From: Alphaproteobacteria bacterium
Lineage (GTDB): Bacteria > Pseudomonadota > Alphaproteobacteria > JAXMDU01
Direction: 5' to 3'
DNA length: 64,000 bases
NCBI GenBank assembly: GCA_046348645.1
Contig: JAXMDU010000006.1
Location: forward strand, 26,340-90,339
This document shows positions 29,885-40,041 of this stretch, piece by piece. The notes beneath the pieces are model-generated. The model did no database searches, was not told the DNA's origin, and worked only from the letters and a program-made list of their open reading frames with translations. Each line of letters begins with the position of its first letter. Positions within the stretch are counted from its first letter, which is position 1. The translations under genes were made by a program, and so were the position numbers.

Positions 29885-31456
29885 CGAATGCTGATGGCCG
29901 ATCATCGTGGCATGGGGCGGAATGCCAAGCGCCCGAGCGCCCCCACGGTTGCAAGGAATTCGGCAGCAGCTTCGATTTCGGCGCCGGTATCGCGCAGCTT
30001 GGAGTTCTTCTGCAGCTTGCCCATGGCGTTGCAGGGCAGGTCATCCAGGAAGAACTACTCGCTTCGGCACCTTGTAGCCGGCGATTTCGCCCTTCAGGCG
30101 CGCGATCACGATTTCAGCCGTCAATGATCCGCTACATCCTTGCCCAGATCCTGATCGGGCAGGCCGATCTGCGCCGATTCGGCAACCCCGGCAGGGCGTC
30201 GATCCGGAGCTCGACTTCCTTCGGATAGACGACATGCCCGCCAGTGACGACCGAGGTCACCTTGGCGCGCCCGACCAGGGTGATGTAGCCGTCCGGATCG
30301 GTGCGGCCAGATCGCCGGTGCGAAAAAGCCATCCCTGGTGGAAATCGGCACCGTCTTGTCCGGCATGCGCCAATAAAACGCCGAACGTGTCGCCCTTCAC
30401 TTGCAGCTCGCCGGTCTCGCCGGTCGCAACCGGCCGGCCGTCGGCGCCGACGATCCTGACGCTGACCCCCGGCAGGGCAAAGCCGACCGTGCCACCGCGC
30501 CGCTCGCCATCGAGCGGGTTCGACGTGTTCATGCCGGTCTCGGTCATGCCATAGCGTTCAAGGATCGTGTGGCCGGTCTGCTCGCGGAAGCGGGTGAAGG
30601 TCGATTCCAGCAGCGGCGCCGAGCCCGAAATGAAAAGACGCATATGGGCGCAACGGGCGCGATCCAGGCCCGGCTGCAACAGCAGCCGTTCGTACAGGGT
30701 GGGAACGCCCATGAACACGGTGGCCTTCGGCAGCAGGCGCAGGATCTCGGCCGGGTCGAATTTCGGGCAGAAGATCATGCCCGTGCCGTTCAGAAGGGTG
30801 GTGTGCAAGGCGACGAACAGCCCATGGGCATGGAAGATCGGAAGCGCGTGCAGCAGCACATCATTGGGCCGGAAGCCCCAGGCGCGATGGAGCGCAAGGC
30901 CGTTCGACGCCAGATTGTGGTGCGACAGCATGGCGCCCTTGGGACGGCCGGTGGTCCCCGACGAATACAGAATGGCGGCGGTCTCGCCCGGCGTGCTATG
31001 GGCCAGGATCGGATCGACGCCCGTTGCGGCGGCAAGCGCCGGCAGCGAGCCTTCGCCAGCGGCCCCCAGCGTTAGCACATGCCGCACGCCATGCTGGCGG
31101 GCGATGGCCGCCAGCGCGGCTTCGTGTTCCGGCCGGGCGACGATGGCGCCCGGTTCCGCGTTGCCGATGAAATAGTCAAGCTCGGGCGGCGGATAGGCCG
31201 TGTTGAGGGGCAGATAGGCCAGCCCGGCCCGCAGGCAGGCGGCATACAGAAACACGGCTTCCGGCGATTTTTCGACCTGGACCGCCACCCGGTCGCCAGG
31301 CTTGAGGCCAAGCCCGAGAAGCAGGGCCGCATAGCGCGCCGATTGATCGTCAAGATCGGCATAGCGGTAGATGCGTCCATCCGGCATCTCGATGAAGGGG
31401 GCCGCGCGGTCCGCCGGAAAGCGGCTCTGGAACAGGGCATAGAGATTGGCGTTCAT
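29885..31456 (-). pseudogene. AMP-dependent acyl-CoA synthetase (MatB/malonyl-CoA synthetase-like), with at least 5 frameshifts in the 3' ~500 bp
   Basis: N-terminal 370 aa is intact (ILYSSGTTGRPKGAMLSH AMP-binding motif). The C-terminus is scattered over ORFs 30257.., 30132..30332 (DPDGYITLVGRAKV...VYPKEVE), 30121..30366 (AESAQIGLPDQDLGKDV), 30041..30235 (IAGYKVPKRVV) and an unlisted frame 29885..30030 (FFLDDLPCNAMGKLQKN). Confidence 0.75.
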
Positions 31457-31473
31457 CGGCGTGTCCCGGCGGG

Positions 31474-32826
31474 TCAGGGCGAGTCGGTGACAGCCTTCAA
31501 GAGCCCGTCGACGATGCGCTCGAGATCCTTGAGGGTGGCGCAGGTCCGTGCCAGATGCACATAGGGCAGGTAGCGTGGCATGACGGCATCGCCGACGTTC
31601 CAGAAGGTGCGCGGCTCGGGATTGAGCCAGATGACCCTGCGGCTGCGATCGAAGATCGCCTTCATGAGGTCGGGGCGCGGATCCATGAAGTTCGAGCGCG
31701 CGTCGCCCAGGATGATGACGGTGGAATGGTTGTCGAGGTCGTCCATCCCGGTCTCGGAGAAATCAAGCAGCGAGCGGCCATAATCGGTGCGGCCAAAGCC
31801 CACCCGTTCCACCGCCTTCTTGATCGCCTGTTCGATTTCATGCTGCTCGAACAGGTCGGTCACCTCCTTCATGTTGCCGCTGAACGCGAAGGCGCGCACA
31901 TTGGGCAGCACTTCGTGCAGTCCGTAGAGAAACATCAGCAGGAACTGCGCCACCGCCGCCACCGAGCCCGACACGTCGCAGATGGCAAAGACCTTGGGCT
32001 TCTTGATCTTCTTGTATTTCCAGCGCAGGTCGAACAACAGGCCGTCGTGGGCATAGTTTCGACGCAGGGTCTGGCGCACATCAAGCTGTCCGCGCTGGGC
32101 GACGCGGCGGCGTCGGGCATGCAAGGCGGCCAGGCGCTTTGCCATCCGCCGTACGATTTCCTTCATGCGGTCGAAATCGCGCGGGCTGATGTTCGAAAGC
32201 CGCATCCTTTCCAGGAATTCCTCGTGCAGCTGATCGGCGTTGCGGCTGGCATGCAGCGCGAACTGGCGCTCGACGATGTTCTCGGCATACTGGAACAGGC
32301 GGGCGCGCCCGCTGCTCAAGACCCGCTGCATATTGAGCCCCAAGGGCATCGGCCCCTGGGCGGCGATCTCGTCATCAAGGCCGTCCAAGCCCACTTCGTC
32401 CAGGATCTTGCGCACGAACAGGGGCTTCTGGGTGAAGACCCACATCTCGGTCAGGTCAAGCTTGCGGGCCGCCGCTTCGACGGCCACCTGAAGGGCCGAC
32501 TCGTCGCCGTCAAGAATGGCGCGGGCCAGCGGATCGGCCACCGAATCCGGATCGAGCGGGCCGGTCGGGGCGTTGTCGTCGGTTGTGCCATCCCGGCCGG
32601 CATCCGGCATCCGGTCGCTGGTGAAGAAAAGATCGAACGCCTCGTCGAAGCGCTCTTTCTCGTCCGGGGTCTTCGCCAGGGTGACGGCCAGGGAATCCTT
32701 GAGCAGGGTCCGATTGCCGTAGCCGACACGATCGACCACCTTCACCGCGTCGATGCTCTCGGCCGGCGAGACGCGGATCTCGGCGTGGCGCAGCGCCTTC
32801 AGGAAGGATTCAAGGGCGCGATTCAT
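31474..32826 (-). CDS. VWA domain protein, CoxE family (pair 1)
   Basis: Start at internal MNRALESFLKALRHAEI. ...VFAICDVSGSV...IILGDARSN...VIWLNPEP is the VWA_CoxE signature. Overlaps the upstream MoxR gene. Confidence 0.8.
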   Translation of the reverse strand: MNRALESFLKALRHAEIRVSPAESIDAVKVVDRVGYGNRTLLKDSLAVTLAKTPDEKERFDEAFDLFFTSDRMPDAGRDGTTDDNAPTGPLDPDSVADPLARAILDGDESALQVAVEAAARKLDLTEMWVFTQKPLFVRKILDEVGLDGLDDEIAAQGPMPLGLNMQRVLSSGRARLFQYAENIVERQFALHASRNADQLHEEFLERMRLSNISPRDFDRMKEIVRRMAKRLAALHARRRRVAQRGQLDVRQTLRRNYAHDGLLFDLRWKYKKIKKPKVFAICDVSGSVAAVAQFLLMFLYGLHEVLPNVRAFAFSGNMKEVTDLFEQHEIEQAIKKAVERVGFGRTDYGRSLLDFSETGMDDLDNHSTVIILGDARSNFMDPRPDLMKAIFDRSRRVIWLNPEPRTFWNVGDAVMPRYLPYVHLARTCATLKDLERIVDGLLKAVTDSP

Positions 32827-33781
32827 TCGGCAGGGCCATGGCCTCGCCACGGGCGATGGGCACAAGCTTGCCCAGCTGGTCATTGACCCGGGCGATATCG
32901 TCCTCGAACTTCAGGAACACGTTCATGGTGTCTCGCACCACGTCGGGCGTCAGCTCCTCGACGTGCAGCAGCAGCAGGACGCGGGCCCAATCGATGGTCT
33001 CGCTGATCGAGGGCAGTTTCTTCAGGTCCATCGTCCGCACCTGCTGGACGAAACCGACGATCTGGCGGCGCAGCCGATCCGTGATGCCGTCCACTCGCGC
33101 TTCCACGATCTTCCGCTCCAGCGCCTGTTCCGGGAACGGGATGTAGAGATGGAGACAGCGGCGCTTCAGCGCGTCGCTCATGTCGCGGGTGGCATTGCTG
33201 GTCAGGAACACCAGCGGATGGGTCTTGGCCTTGACCGTGCCGATCTCGGGGATCGAGACCTGGAAGTCGGACAGGATCTCGAGCAGGAAGGCCTCGAATT
33301 CGTGATCGGACTTGTCGATCTCGTCGATCAGGAGAACGGCGCCGTTTTCCTCTTTCAGGGCGCGCAGCAGCGGCCGCGGCTCGAGAAAGCGCTCGGAAAA
33401 GAAGATGTCGCCGTACTGGTGGAGCTTGTCGATCGATTCTTCCAGGTTGTGGCTGCCGGACAGCACCTCGCCCAGCTTGTCTTTGAGGATCTGGGTATAG
33501 AGAAGCTGCTTGCCGTATTTCCACTCGTAAAGGGCCTTCGATTCGTCCAGGCCCTCGTAGCATTGCATGCGCACCAGCGGCACGCCCAGGACCGTGGCCG
33601 CGGTCTTGGCCAGATCGGTCTTGCCGACGCCCGCCGGTCCTTCGACCAGGATCGGCTTGTCGAGCTGATCGGCGATGAAAACCGAGGTGGCGATGCGAGG
33701 GGTGCAGATATAGCCCTGGGCCGCGAACGAACTGATGATGCGATCGACCGAGGAAAGATTGTCTGTGGGATCGTGAATCAT
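32810..33781 (-). CDS. MoxR-like AAA+ ATPase, CoxD family (pair 1)
   Basis: Start at internal MIHDPTDNL. Walker A ILVEGPAGVGKTDLAK. Walker B LLIDEIDK. ...TSNATRDMSDALKRRCLHLYIPFP. Confidence 0.85.
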   Translation of the reverse strand: MIHDPTDNLSSVDRIISSFAAQGYICTPRIATSVFIADQLDKPILVEGPAGVGKTDLAKTAATVLGVPLVRMQCYEGLDESKALYEWKYGKQLLYTQILKDKLGEVLSGSHNLEESIDKLHQYGDIFFSERFLEPRPLLRALKEENGAVLLIDEIDKSDHEFEAFLLEILSDFQVSIPEIGTVKAKTHPLVFLTSNATRDMSDALKRRCLHLYIPFPEQALERKIVEARVDGITDRLRRQIVGFVQQVRTMDLKKLPSISETIDWARVLLLLHVEELTPDVVRDTMNVFLKFEDDIARVNDQLGKLVPIARGEAMALPNESRP

Positions 33782-34884
33782 GTCGCTGAGATGTCCGCGC
33801 CGAGCGTTGCCGCCAGCCGTTCCTGCTTGAGGGCCAAGGCGCCCCGCGCGATTTTTCCTGCCGCCGCAGCGCACTGCATCAGCCGGTCGATCTCGGGAGC
33901 GGGGCCAATGTTCCACACCTGCCGGGCCGCTGCAACGCGCTCTTCGACCCGCGTGGTTAATGCCCGGAAGGCGATGGCATGGGCCGGGAAGGCCGGCTCG
34001 CCGGCCAGGCCCCGATCGAGGCCATCGAGCGCCACCCTGGCGATGTCGTCGAGCGCCGTCAGAAGCGCTGCAATCTCGCCCAGGGCGCCCCGCGCCTCGG
34101 GGCTGGCCGGCGCCCGGCTGGCAAGATCGGCGGCGGCCCGGCGCAGGATGCCCAGGATCGGCCCCATGATGGTCACGTCTTCGATGTCGCGGTAGGGCAG
34201 GCTGATGGTTTCGAACGCCTGCCCCTTGGGGCCGATCCGCGCCGAAAGCGGCACCCGGCAGCCGTCCAGCCGCAGGCGCCCATGGGCAAGCGGCCGGAAT
34301 GCCTCGAGCCCCGGCTCGGCCTCGATGCCAAGGCGGGCCGTGCCGCGCGGCACGAGATAGGCAGAAAAGCGCTTGCGGCCGTTCTCGATGGCATCGACCG
34401 CCAGCACCACGAACAGGCTTGCGACGTCGGCATTGGTGATGAAGGCCTTCTCGCCGGTGATGACGACATCGGCCCCGTCGATCGCGGCCCGGGTGGAAAG
34501 ATGTTTCGGGTGGGCGCCCCGTCCGGGTTCCGAAATGGCCAGCGCGGCAATCGCCTCGCCCTCAACCACCTGGGGCAGCCATTCCCGGCGCTGGGCATCG
34601 TCGGCCAGGTCATGGAAAAGGGTCCGGGCAAGGCGCTGCTGGCCAAGCCACAGCATGGCAAACCCCAGGCTGCCGGTGGCGCGGGCCAGGGCTTCGGCCC
34701 CGCGGGCGGTTTCGGCATAGGTCGCGCCCTGCCCGCCCCAGGCAGGGGGAATGGCGACGCCGGTCAAGCCGCGCTGGCCCAGCGCCCGCCATTCGGCGCG
34801 CGGGAATGTGGTCGTGGTGCCAAGGGCGGGATGTTCGGCGGCGAATTGCGCCAGGGCTTTCGCGATGTCGCGCAAGGGCCGGGC
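33778..34884 (-). CDS. Acyl-CoA dehydrogenase family protein (start uncertain, possibly TTG at 34882)
   Basis: ...ALAISEPGRGAHPKHLSTRA...VITGEKAFITNADVA... is the ACAD fold. The ATG of the track ORF at 35025 would overlap the upstream gene by 135 bp and encodes an Arg-rich non-native-looking leader. Confidence 0.7.
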   Translation of the reverse strand, partial: ARPLRDIAKALAQFAAEHPALGTTTTFPRAEWRALGQRGLTGVAIPPAWGGQGATYAETARGAEALARATGSLGFAMLWLGQQRLARTLFHDLADDAQRREWLPQVVEGEAIAALAISEPGRGAHPKHLSTRAAIDGADVVITGEKAFITNADVASLFVVLAVDAIENGRKRFSAYLVPRGTARLGIEAEPGLEAFRPLAHGRLRLDGCRVPLSARIGPKGQAFETISLPYRDIEDVTIMGPILGILRRAAADLASRAPASPEARGALGEIAALLTALDDIARVALDGLDRGLAGEPAFPAHAIAFRALTTRVEERVAAARQVWNIGPAPEIDRLMQCAAAAGKIARGALALKQERLAATLGADISAT

Positions 34885-34889
34885 CGCCG

Positions 34890-35858
34890 CTATTCGGCGG
34901 CCATCGAGCGGTCCGCGTCGCGAGCGGCGCGGTATTCCGCCTTGAGGCGGGCAATCAACGCGGCCGTGCCCGGCACATCCTTGATGCCGCCGACGCCTTG
35001 GCCCGCGCTCCAGACGTCTTTCCACGCCTTGCGCGCGGTATCGGCGCCTTTGGGCGGCGGCGCGATGCCCTCTTTTGGCAGGGTCGCGGGATCGAGCCCC
35101 GACGCGATCAGGCTTTGCCGCAGGAAGCTTGCGGCCACCCCCGATATGGCCTGGGTATAGATGATGTCGGCGGCTTCCGCATCGACCAGCATCTGCTTCA
35201 ATGATGCGGGGCCCAAGCTCTCGGTTGTCGCCATGAAGCGGGTGCCGATATAGGCAAGGTCGGCGCCCATCACTTCCGCGGCGCGGACGGCCCGGCCATC
35301 ATTGATGCAGCCCGCCAGGATGATTGTGCCGGGAAAAAAGTCGCGGACCTGCGGCAGGATGGCGAACGGGTTCATCAGGCCGGCATGGCCGCCTGCTCCT
35401 GCGCAGACAAGGATCAGGCCATCGACCCCAGCCGCCGCCGCCTTCCGCGCATGCTCGATGTTGATGACGTCGTGAAAAACCAACCCGCCATAGCCATGCA
35501 CCTTTGCCAGGACTGGCGCCGGGCTTCCCTTGCTGGTGATGACGATCGGCACCCGGTGACGCACGACCGTGTCCAGATCGTCTTCGAGCCTGGGATTGGT
35601 TCGATGCGAGATCAGGTTGACGGCGAAGGGGGCAATGCGCGCCGCCGGCGATGCCCGACGGGCCTCGGCGAGATGCGTCTCGATTTCGCTCAGCCAGGCG
35701 TCGAATTCAGTGTTGGTGCGGCCATTCAGCGATGGAAACGACCCGACGATCCCGGCCCGGCAGCATTCGACCACCAGATCGGGGCCGGAAATCAGGAACA
35801 TTGGCGCGGCGACGGCGGGAAGGGAAAGACTGGATGAAAGGATCTGCGGCAAGGACAT
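34890..35858 (-). CDS. Nitronate monooxygenase (2-nitropropane dioxygenase, NMO family)
   Basis: 322 aa. ...PMFLISGPDLVVECCRAGIVGSFP...LILVCAGAGGHAG... TIM-barrel FMN enzyme. Confidence 0.8.
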   Translation of the reverse strand: MSLPQILSSSLSLPAVAAPMFLISGPDLVVECCRAGIVGSFPSLNGRTNTEFDAWLSEIETHLAEARRASPAARIAPFAVNLISHRTNPRLEDDLDTVVRHRVPIVITSKGSPAPVLAKVHGYGGLVFHDVINIEHARKAAAAGVDGLILVCAGAGGHAGLMNPFAILPQVRDFFPGTIILAGCINDGRAVRAAEVMGADLAYIGTRFMATTESLGPASLKQMLVDAEAADIIYTQAISGVAASFLRQSLIASGLDPATLPKEGIAPPPKGADTARKAWKDVWSAGQGVGGIKDVPGTAALIARLKAEYRAARDADRSMAAE

Positions 35859-35982
35859 CGGGCACCGGGCGTAGCTGCTTAGCGAAGCCCGAACTGTGCC
35901 GGACCGGCCGGGCAGGGGTCAAGGGCGCAGTCTTGCCGCGGGCCGGCTCCTGCTATTGCAAATCGCGACAGTTGCGCGGGGA

Positions 35983-36897
35983 TCACCCGCCCAGCTTCGC
36001 TTTCCGCGATTCGCTCCAGGTGATGTAGAAGCTCGAGAGAAAGATCACCGCGCCGCCGATCCAGGTCCATGCCCCCGGCAGTTCCACGAACATCAGATAG
36101 CCGACGACGGAAGCCCAGATCAGGCGGGTGAATTCGACCGGCATCATGGCGGTCGCGTCGGCGTATTTCAGGGCCTGGGCGAAGCACAGGTGCCCGGCCG
36201 TCCCGAACATGGCCAGGAAGAAGACGGTGACAAGCTGGTCAAGGGCCGGCCACTGCCAGACAAAAACGGCCGGCACGAAGGCGAAGGGCAGCACGATCAC
36301 CGAAAGATAAAGGGTAGCGGTCAGGCTCGATTCGGTGCGCGACAGCACCTTGATGGTGATTACCGCGCCGGCCCAGAACAGGGTCGAGGCAAGCACCAAG
36401 ATCGGCCCCCAGCCGACCGCGGTGAAGCCGGGCCGGATCACGATCATGGCGCCAATGAAGCCGCCCGCCACGGCGGTCCAGCGGTTCAGCCCCACCTTCT
36501 CGCCCAGGGTGAAGCCGGCCAGGATGGTGACGATGATCGGCGTGATGAAGTTCAGGGCCGAAACCTCGGCCAGCGGCGTCATGCTGATGCCAAGGAAGAA
36601 CAGCGTCATCGAGCCGACCTGGAAAATGCCGCGGATCACGTGAAAGCGAAGATGGCCGGTCCGCAGGATGCCGAACCCGTGCTTCAGGAACACCGGCGAC
36701 AGGATCAGCAGGGCAAACAGGTTGCGGAAGAACACCAGCTCGAGCGGATGGATCTCTTGCGACATCTTCCGGATCAGCGCCTGCATCATCGTCATCATGA
36801 TGCCGGATGCCAGCATGCACAGCACGCCCTTGAAGAAGGGCGAAAGCCGGCTCCATCGCGCCGCCATGGGTTTCAGGAAGGGCAGCCGTTCGATCAT
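35983..36897 (-). CDS. EamA/DMT-family transporter (copy 1)
   Basis: Start at internal MIERLPFLKPMAA. 10 predicted TM segments in two EamA repeats. 4-nt overlap with the upstream paralogue. Confidence 0.75.
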   Translation of the reverse strand: MIERLPFLKPMAARWSRLSPFFKGVLCMLASGIMMTMMQALIRKMSQEIHPLELVFFRNLFALLILSPVFLKHGFGILRTGHLRFHVIRGIFQVGSMTLFFLGISMTPLAEVSALNFITPIIVTILAGFTLGEKVGLNRWTAVAGGFIGAMIVIRPGFTAVGWGPILVLASTLFWAGAVITIKVLSRTESSLTATLYLSVIVLPFAFVPAVFVWQWPALDQLVTVFFLAMFGTAGHLCFAQALKYADATAMMPVEFTRLIWASVVGYLMFVELPGAWTWIGGAVIFLSSFYITWSESRKAKLGG

Positions 36898-37817
36898 CCC
36901 GTCGTGTCTCCGGCCGCCTGACCAGTCCGTCTCTTGGCTTCCGACAGGGCAACGAAGGTGGCGCTGGCAAAGATGACGGCGCCGCCGACCCAGGTGACAA
37001 GATCCGGCTGCTCGGCAAACAGCGTATAGCCGATGATCGTCGCCCATAGCAGGCGCAGGAATTCGAACGGCATGACCGCGGTCGCATCCGCCTGGCGCAT
37101 GCTTTCCGAGAACGCGAGATGCCCAAAGCTGCCCAGGATGCCAAGAATGGTGAGCAGGCCAGCCTGCTCCCAGGTCGGCCACTGCCAGAAGAACAGGGCC
37201 GGAATGAGCGACATCGGCGTCACGAAGATCGACATATAGGCGCCCTGCGTCAGGCTGGAATCGGTCCGCGACAGGTCCTTGATGCCGACCATGCACATCG
37301 CCCAGGCAAGCGAGCTGGCGATGGCGAAGATGGGGCCAAGCCCGATCTCGGTCTGGCTGGGGTCAAGCACGATCAGGCAGCCGCCAAAGCCCCCCACGAT
37401 GGCCAGCCAGCGCTTGATATCGACCTTTTCATGCAGGAAAAAGGCGGCGCCGATCGCGGCGAACAGCGGCGCGGTAAAGGTCAGCGCCGTATAGCTTGCA
37501 AGCGGTGTCATGGTGACGGCCGCAAAGCCCAGGACCAGCGACGCGGCCTGCAGGATGCTGCGGGTGAAATGGGCCCCCAGGCGCCGGGTCTTCAATACGC
37601 CCAGTCCGGCCCGGCCGGTGACGGCGGCAAAGAACAGGAAGCCGATCACGCTGCGGTAGAAGGCCGTCTCCAGGGGGTGCATGCCGGTCGTCGCGCAGAT
37701 GCGGATCATGGTCTGCATGCCTGCAAAAAACATGCCGGACAGGATGATCAGCAGGATGCCGCGCAGGACCGGGGGCAGGCGGCGATAGGGGGCAAGCCAA
37801 AGCGCGGTGGCGGGCAT
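36894..37817 (-). CDS. EamA/DMT-family transporter (copy 2, tandem paralogue)
   Basis: Start at internal MPATALWLAPY. Same architecture as copy 1, with moderate identity. Confidence 0.75.
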   Translation of the reverse strand: MPATALWLAPYRRLPPVLRGILLIILSGMFFAGMQTMIRICATTGMHPLETAFYRSVIGFLFFAAVTGRAGLGVLKTRRLGAHFTRSILQAASLVLGFAAVTMTPLASYTALTFTAPLFAAIGAAFFLHEKVDIKRWLAIVGGFGGCLIVLDPSQTEIGLGPIFAIASSLAWAMCMVGIKDLSRTDSSLTQGAYMSIFVTPMSLIPALFFWQWPTWEQAGLLTILGILGSFGHLAFSESMRQADATAVMPFEFLRLLWATIIGYTLFAEQPDLVTWVGGAVIFASATFVALSEAKRRTGQAAGDTTG

Positions 37818-37854
37818 CACGCGGCTTTCGTCCTGTGGCCCGATGGCACAGGGC

Positions 37855-38379
37855 TTAGACCTTGTCCCAGCTGCACGTGAGTTCCAGCGGGCCCGCCGTG
37901 TTGGCGATGGTGGCAAGGCAGGCCTCGGCCTTTTCGGCCGGCAGCCAGACGGCGATGCGGGTCTCGTAATCGGCGCTTGCGCCGCCCGGAATGCGCCGCG
38001 CTTCCAGGCGAACGATGTTGGCGTTGAAGCCGACCAGCGCCTCGGTCACCCGCGCGATCAGGCCAGGCTGATCGCCGCCCCGAAGGGTGATGCGATGGGT
38101 CACCAGGGTATTGGGCGGCGGCTCGGGCGAAAGCGCGAAGGGACTGACCGCGATGGTGGCGCCGGCAAGATCGGGCAGGGCCGAAGCTCGTTGCAGCTTC
38201 TGGTTGGCGCCATTGAATCGGGCAGCGTGCAGGCAGTTGCGCTGGTCGAACGCATCGCCCAGCACGGCGAAGATGGTGTCGCCCAGATTGGCGCCCAGGT
38301 CGAACAGCCGCCCGGTGACAGCGGCAACCAGGCCGGTGCGGTCGGGCGAAAATGCTGATCAGGAACGGGCAGGCCATGC
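37855..38379 (-). CDS. Tandem ACT-domain protein (glycine-cleavage-regulator GcvR-like), with a 1-bp frameshift near 38350
   Basis: MACPFLISIF (ATG 38377-38379) is in one frame. SPDRTGLVAAVTGRLFDLGANLGDTIFAVLGDAFDQR...second ACT (DQPGLIARVTEALVGFNANIVRLEA) is in ORF 37855..38265. Adding one T to agcattttcgcc joins them. Confidence 0.6.
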
Positions 38380-38549
38380 GGGATGCGACCGGCAATGCTC
38401 GTGGGTTGGCGGGGCGCTCTACATGATGAAGCAATCCAGTTGGCAGGAAGCCGTTCACCGCGCAAGCGCCGTCAGGCCGTCAGCGCACGGCGGGATCGGT
38501 CTCCGCGCGCGGTTCGTGCTGCGCCCGGAACGCGGCAAGGCGATCGGAC

Positions 38550-39580
38550 CAGCCCGCACGCACCGGGCGGCCGAGCGCCCAGACGGCCATGGCGCGGACC
38601 GAGGGCGAGTAAATTCCGCAAGCAGCGTTTCGACGGCACCGATGCCCGCCGTATCGCCGCTGTTGCCGATCGCGATCAGGACGGCGTGCGAACCATGCAG
38701 CCCGCGACGGGGCTGCCCGAGAACAGGAGCACGGAACCGCGCATCGTCAAGCTTGTGGCAAGATCGGCAAGGAGCCGGCACGCCACAAGATCTGGCCGCG
38801 GCGCCGGCGCAGCATCCCGCCTTGGCGAACTTGTTCCAGGTAGAGACGGCAGGGCAATCGTCGCGTAGATGCGTTTTGCCGATGGCAGGCCGGAACAGGG
38901 CTGGAATGTGCCCTTGTGCTCGATCGTCAGGTACGAGATGCAGCGCCTGGCATCCGGGCAGGTAGGGCACCATGGAAAGGCCTGGGTAGGGCAGATGCGC
39001 TGGCAGCGGTCGCACCGCGCTGGCCGCAGCGGTCCTTGCCCGGCGGATCGGGTTCGAGGTCGAGATCGGTGAAGATCTCGCCCAGGAACAGCCATGATCC
39101 GAAATCGCGCGACACCAGGTTGGTGTGCTGGCCAGCCAAGGCCGGCGGCGGCGGCGGCCGGCGACAGGCGCCGTATCGACGGCCAGCTTGACCGCGCAGC
39201 CAAGGTCCTCGTTCATCCAGCGGGCCAGAACGCAGCGCCTTTTTGACGACGTGATAGTCGTGTCCCAGCGCGTAGGTCGTCGGCGCAATCGGCCAGGGCG
39301 CTTTGCCGGCCAGCGGATCGGTCGCGGGGCCATAGTTCTTGCCCAGCACCACGATGCTGCGGGCCCCCGGCCAAAGGGTGTTGGGATCGGCCCGGCGCTC
39401 AAGCGTGTCGGCAAGCCATCCCATGTCGCCATGCTGGCCGGCGGCAACGAAACGGCGCAGCGCCTGGCCGGCGGTGGCGGCGGCGGCTGGCCGTGCAAAG
39501 CCGACCGCATCGAAACCGAGGGCCAGGGCGCGCTCGCGGATCCGTGCCTTCGGCTCGGGCCGGGGTGCCGCTTCTTTCAT
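38550..39580 (-). pseudogene. queG: Epoxyqueuosine reductase QueG, fragmented over three frames by at least 5 frameshifts
   Basis: [28 protein letters not shown]...GHDYHVVKKAL (frame of 38927..39688). LARWMNEDLG...VDTAPV (frame of 38455..39510). NLVSRDFGSWLFLGEIFTDLDLEPDPP (first frame again). CDRCQRICPTQAF...DARRCISYLTIEHKG (frame of 38676..39203). ...DDCPAVSTWNKFAK...AVLIAIGNSGD (second frame). The 3' end is approximate. Confidence 0.7.
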
Positions 39581-40041
39581 CCGCGGCCGCGATAGGGCGC
39601 GACGCCCGGGTCGGGCAGCCATATTCCGGCCGGAGGTTCGCCCGATTGGTAGAAGACGTCGATCGGCATGCCGCCGCGTGGATACCAATACCCGCCGATC
39701 CGAAGCCAGGCCGGCGCCAGCAGGGTTTCAAGGCGCTTCGCGATGTCAAGCGTGCAGGCCTCGTGGAAGCCGCGATGGTTGCGGAACGACGACAGATAAA
39801 GTTTCAGCGACTTGCTCTCGACCAGGACCGCTTTCGGGACATAGTCGATGACCAGATGGGCGAAATCGGGCTGGCCGGTGACCGGGCAAAGGGTCGTGAA
39901 TTCCGGGCAGGTAAATCGCACCAGATAGGGTGTGGCCGGATGCGGGTTGGGCACCGCCTCGAGCCGCGCCTCGGCCGGCGTCGCGGGCGCCGATGCGGCT
40001 TGCCCAAGCTGGGTCAGATGGTCATACGGGGATTGGGTCAT
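39577..40041 (-). CDS. queF: NADPH-dependent 7-cyano-7-deazaguanine reductase
   Basis: 154 aa. ...[27 protein letters not shown]...ESKSLKLYL is the QueF type I signature. Confidence 0.85.
   Translation of the reverse strand: MTQSPYDHLTQLGQAASAPATPAEARLEAVPNPHPATPYLVRFTCPEFTTLCPVTGQPDFAHLVIDYVPKAVLVESKSLKLYLSSFRNHRGFHEACTLDIAKRLETLLAPAWLRIGGYWYPRGGMPIDVFYQSGEPPAGIWLPDPGVAPYRGRG

Noticed and set aside
34885-35025. ATG at 35025 as the start of the acyl-CoA dehydrogenase
   Set aside because: It would overlap the upstream NMO gene by 135 bp in another frame and encode an Arg-rich 47-aa leader (MERRLERGPRRRRHQGCAG...). An in-frame TTG near 34882 is more plausible, but neither is certain.
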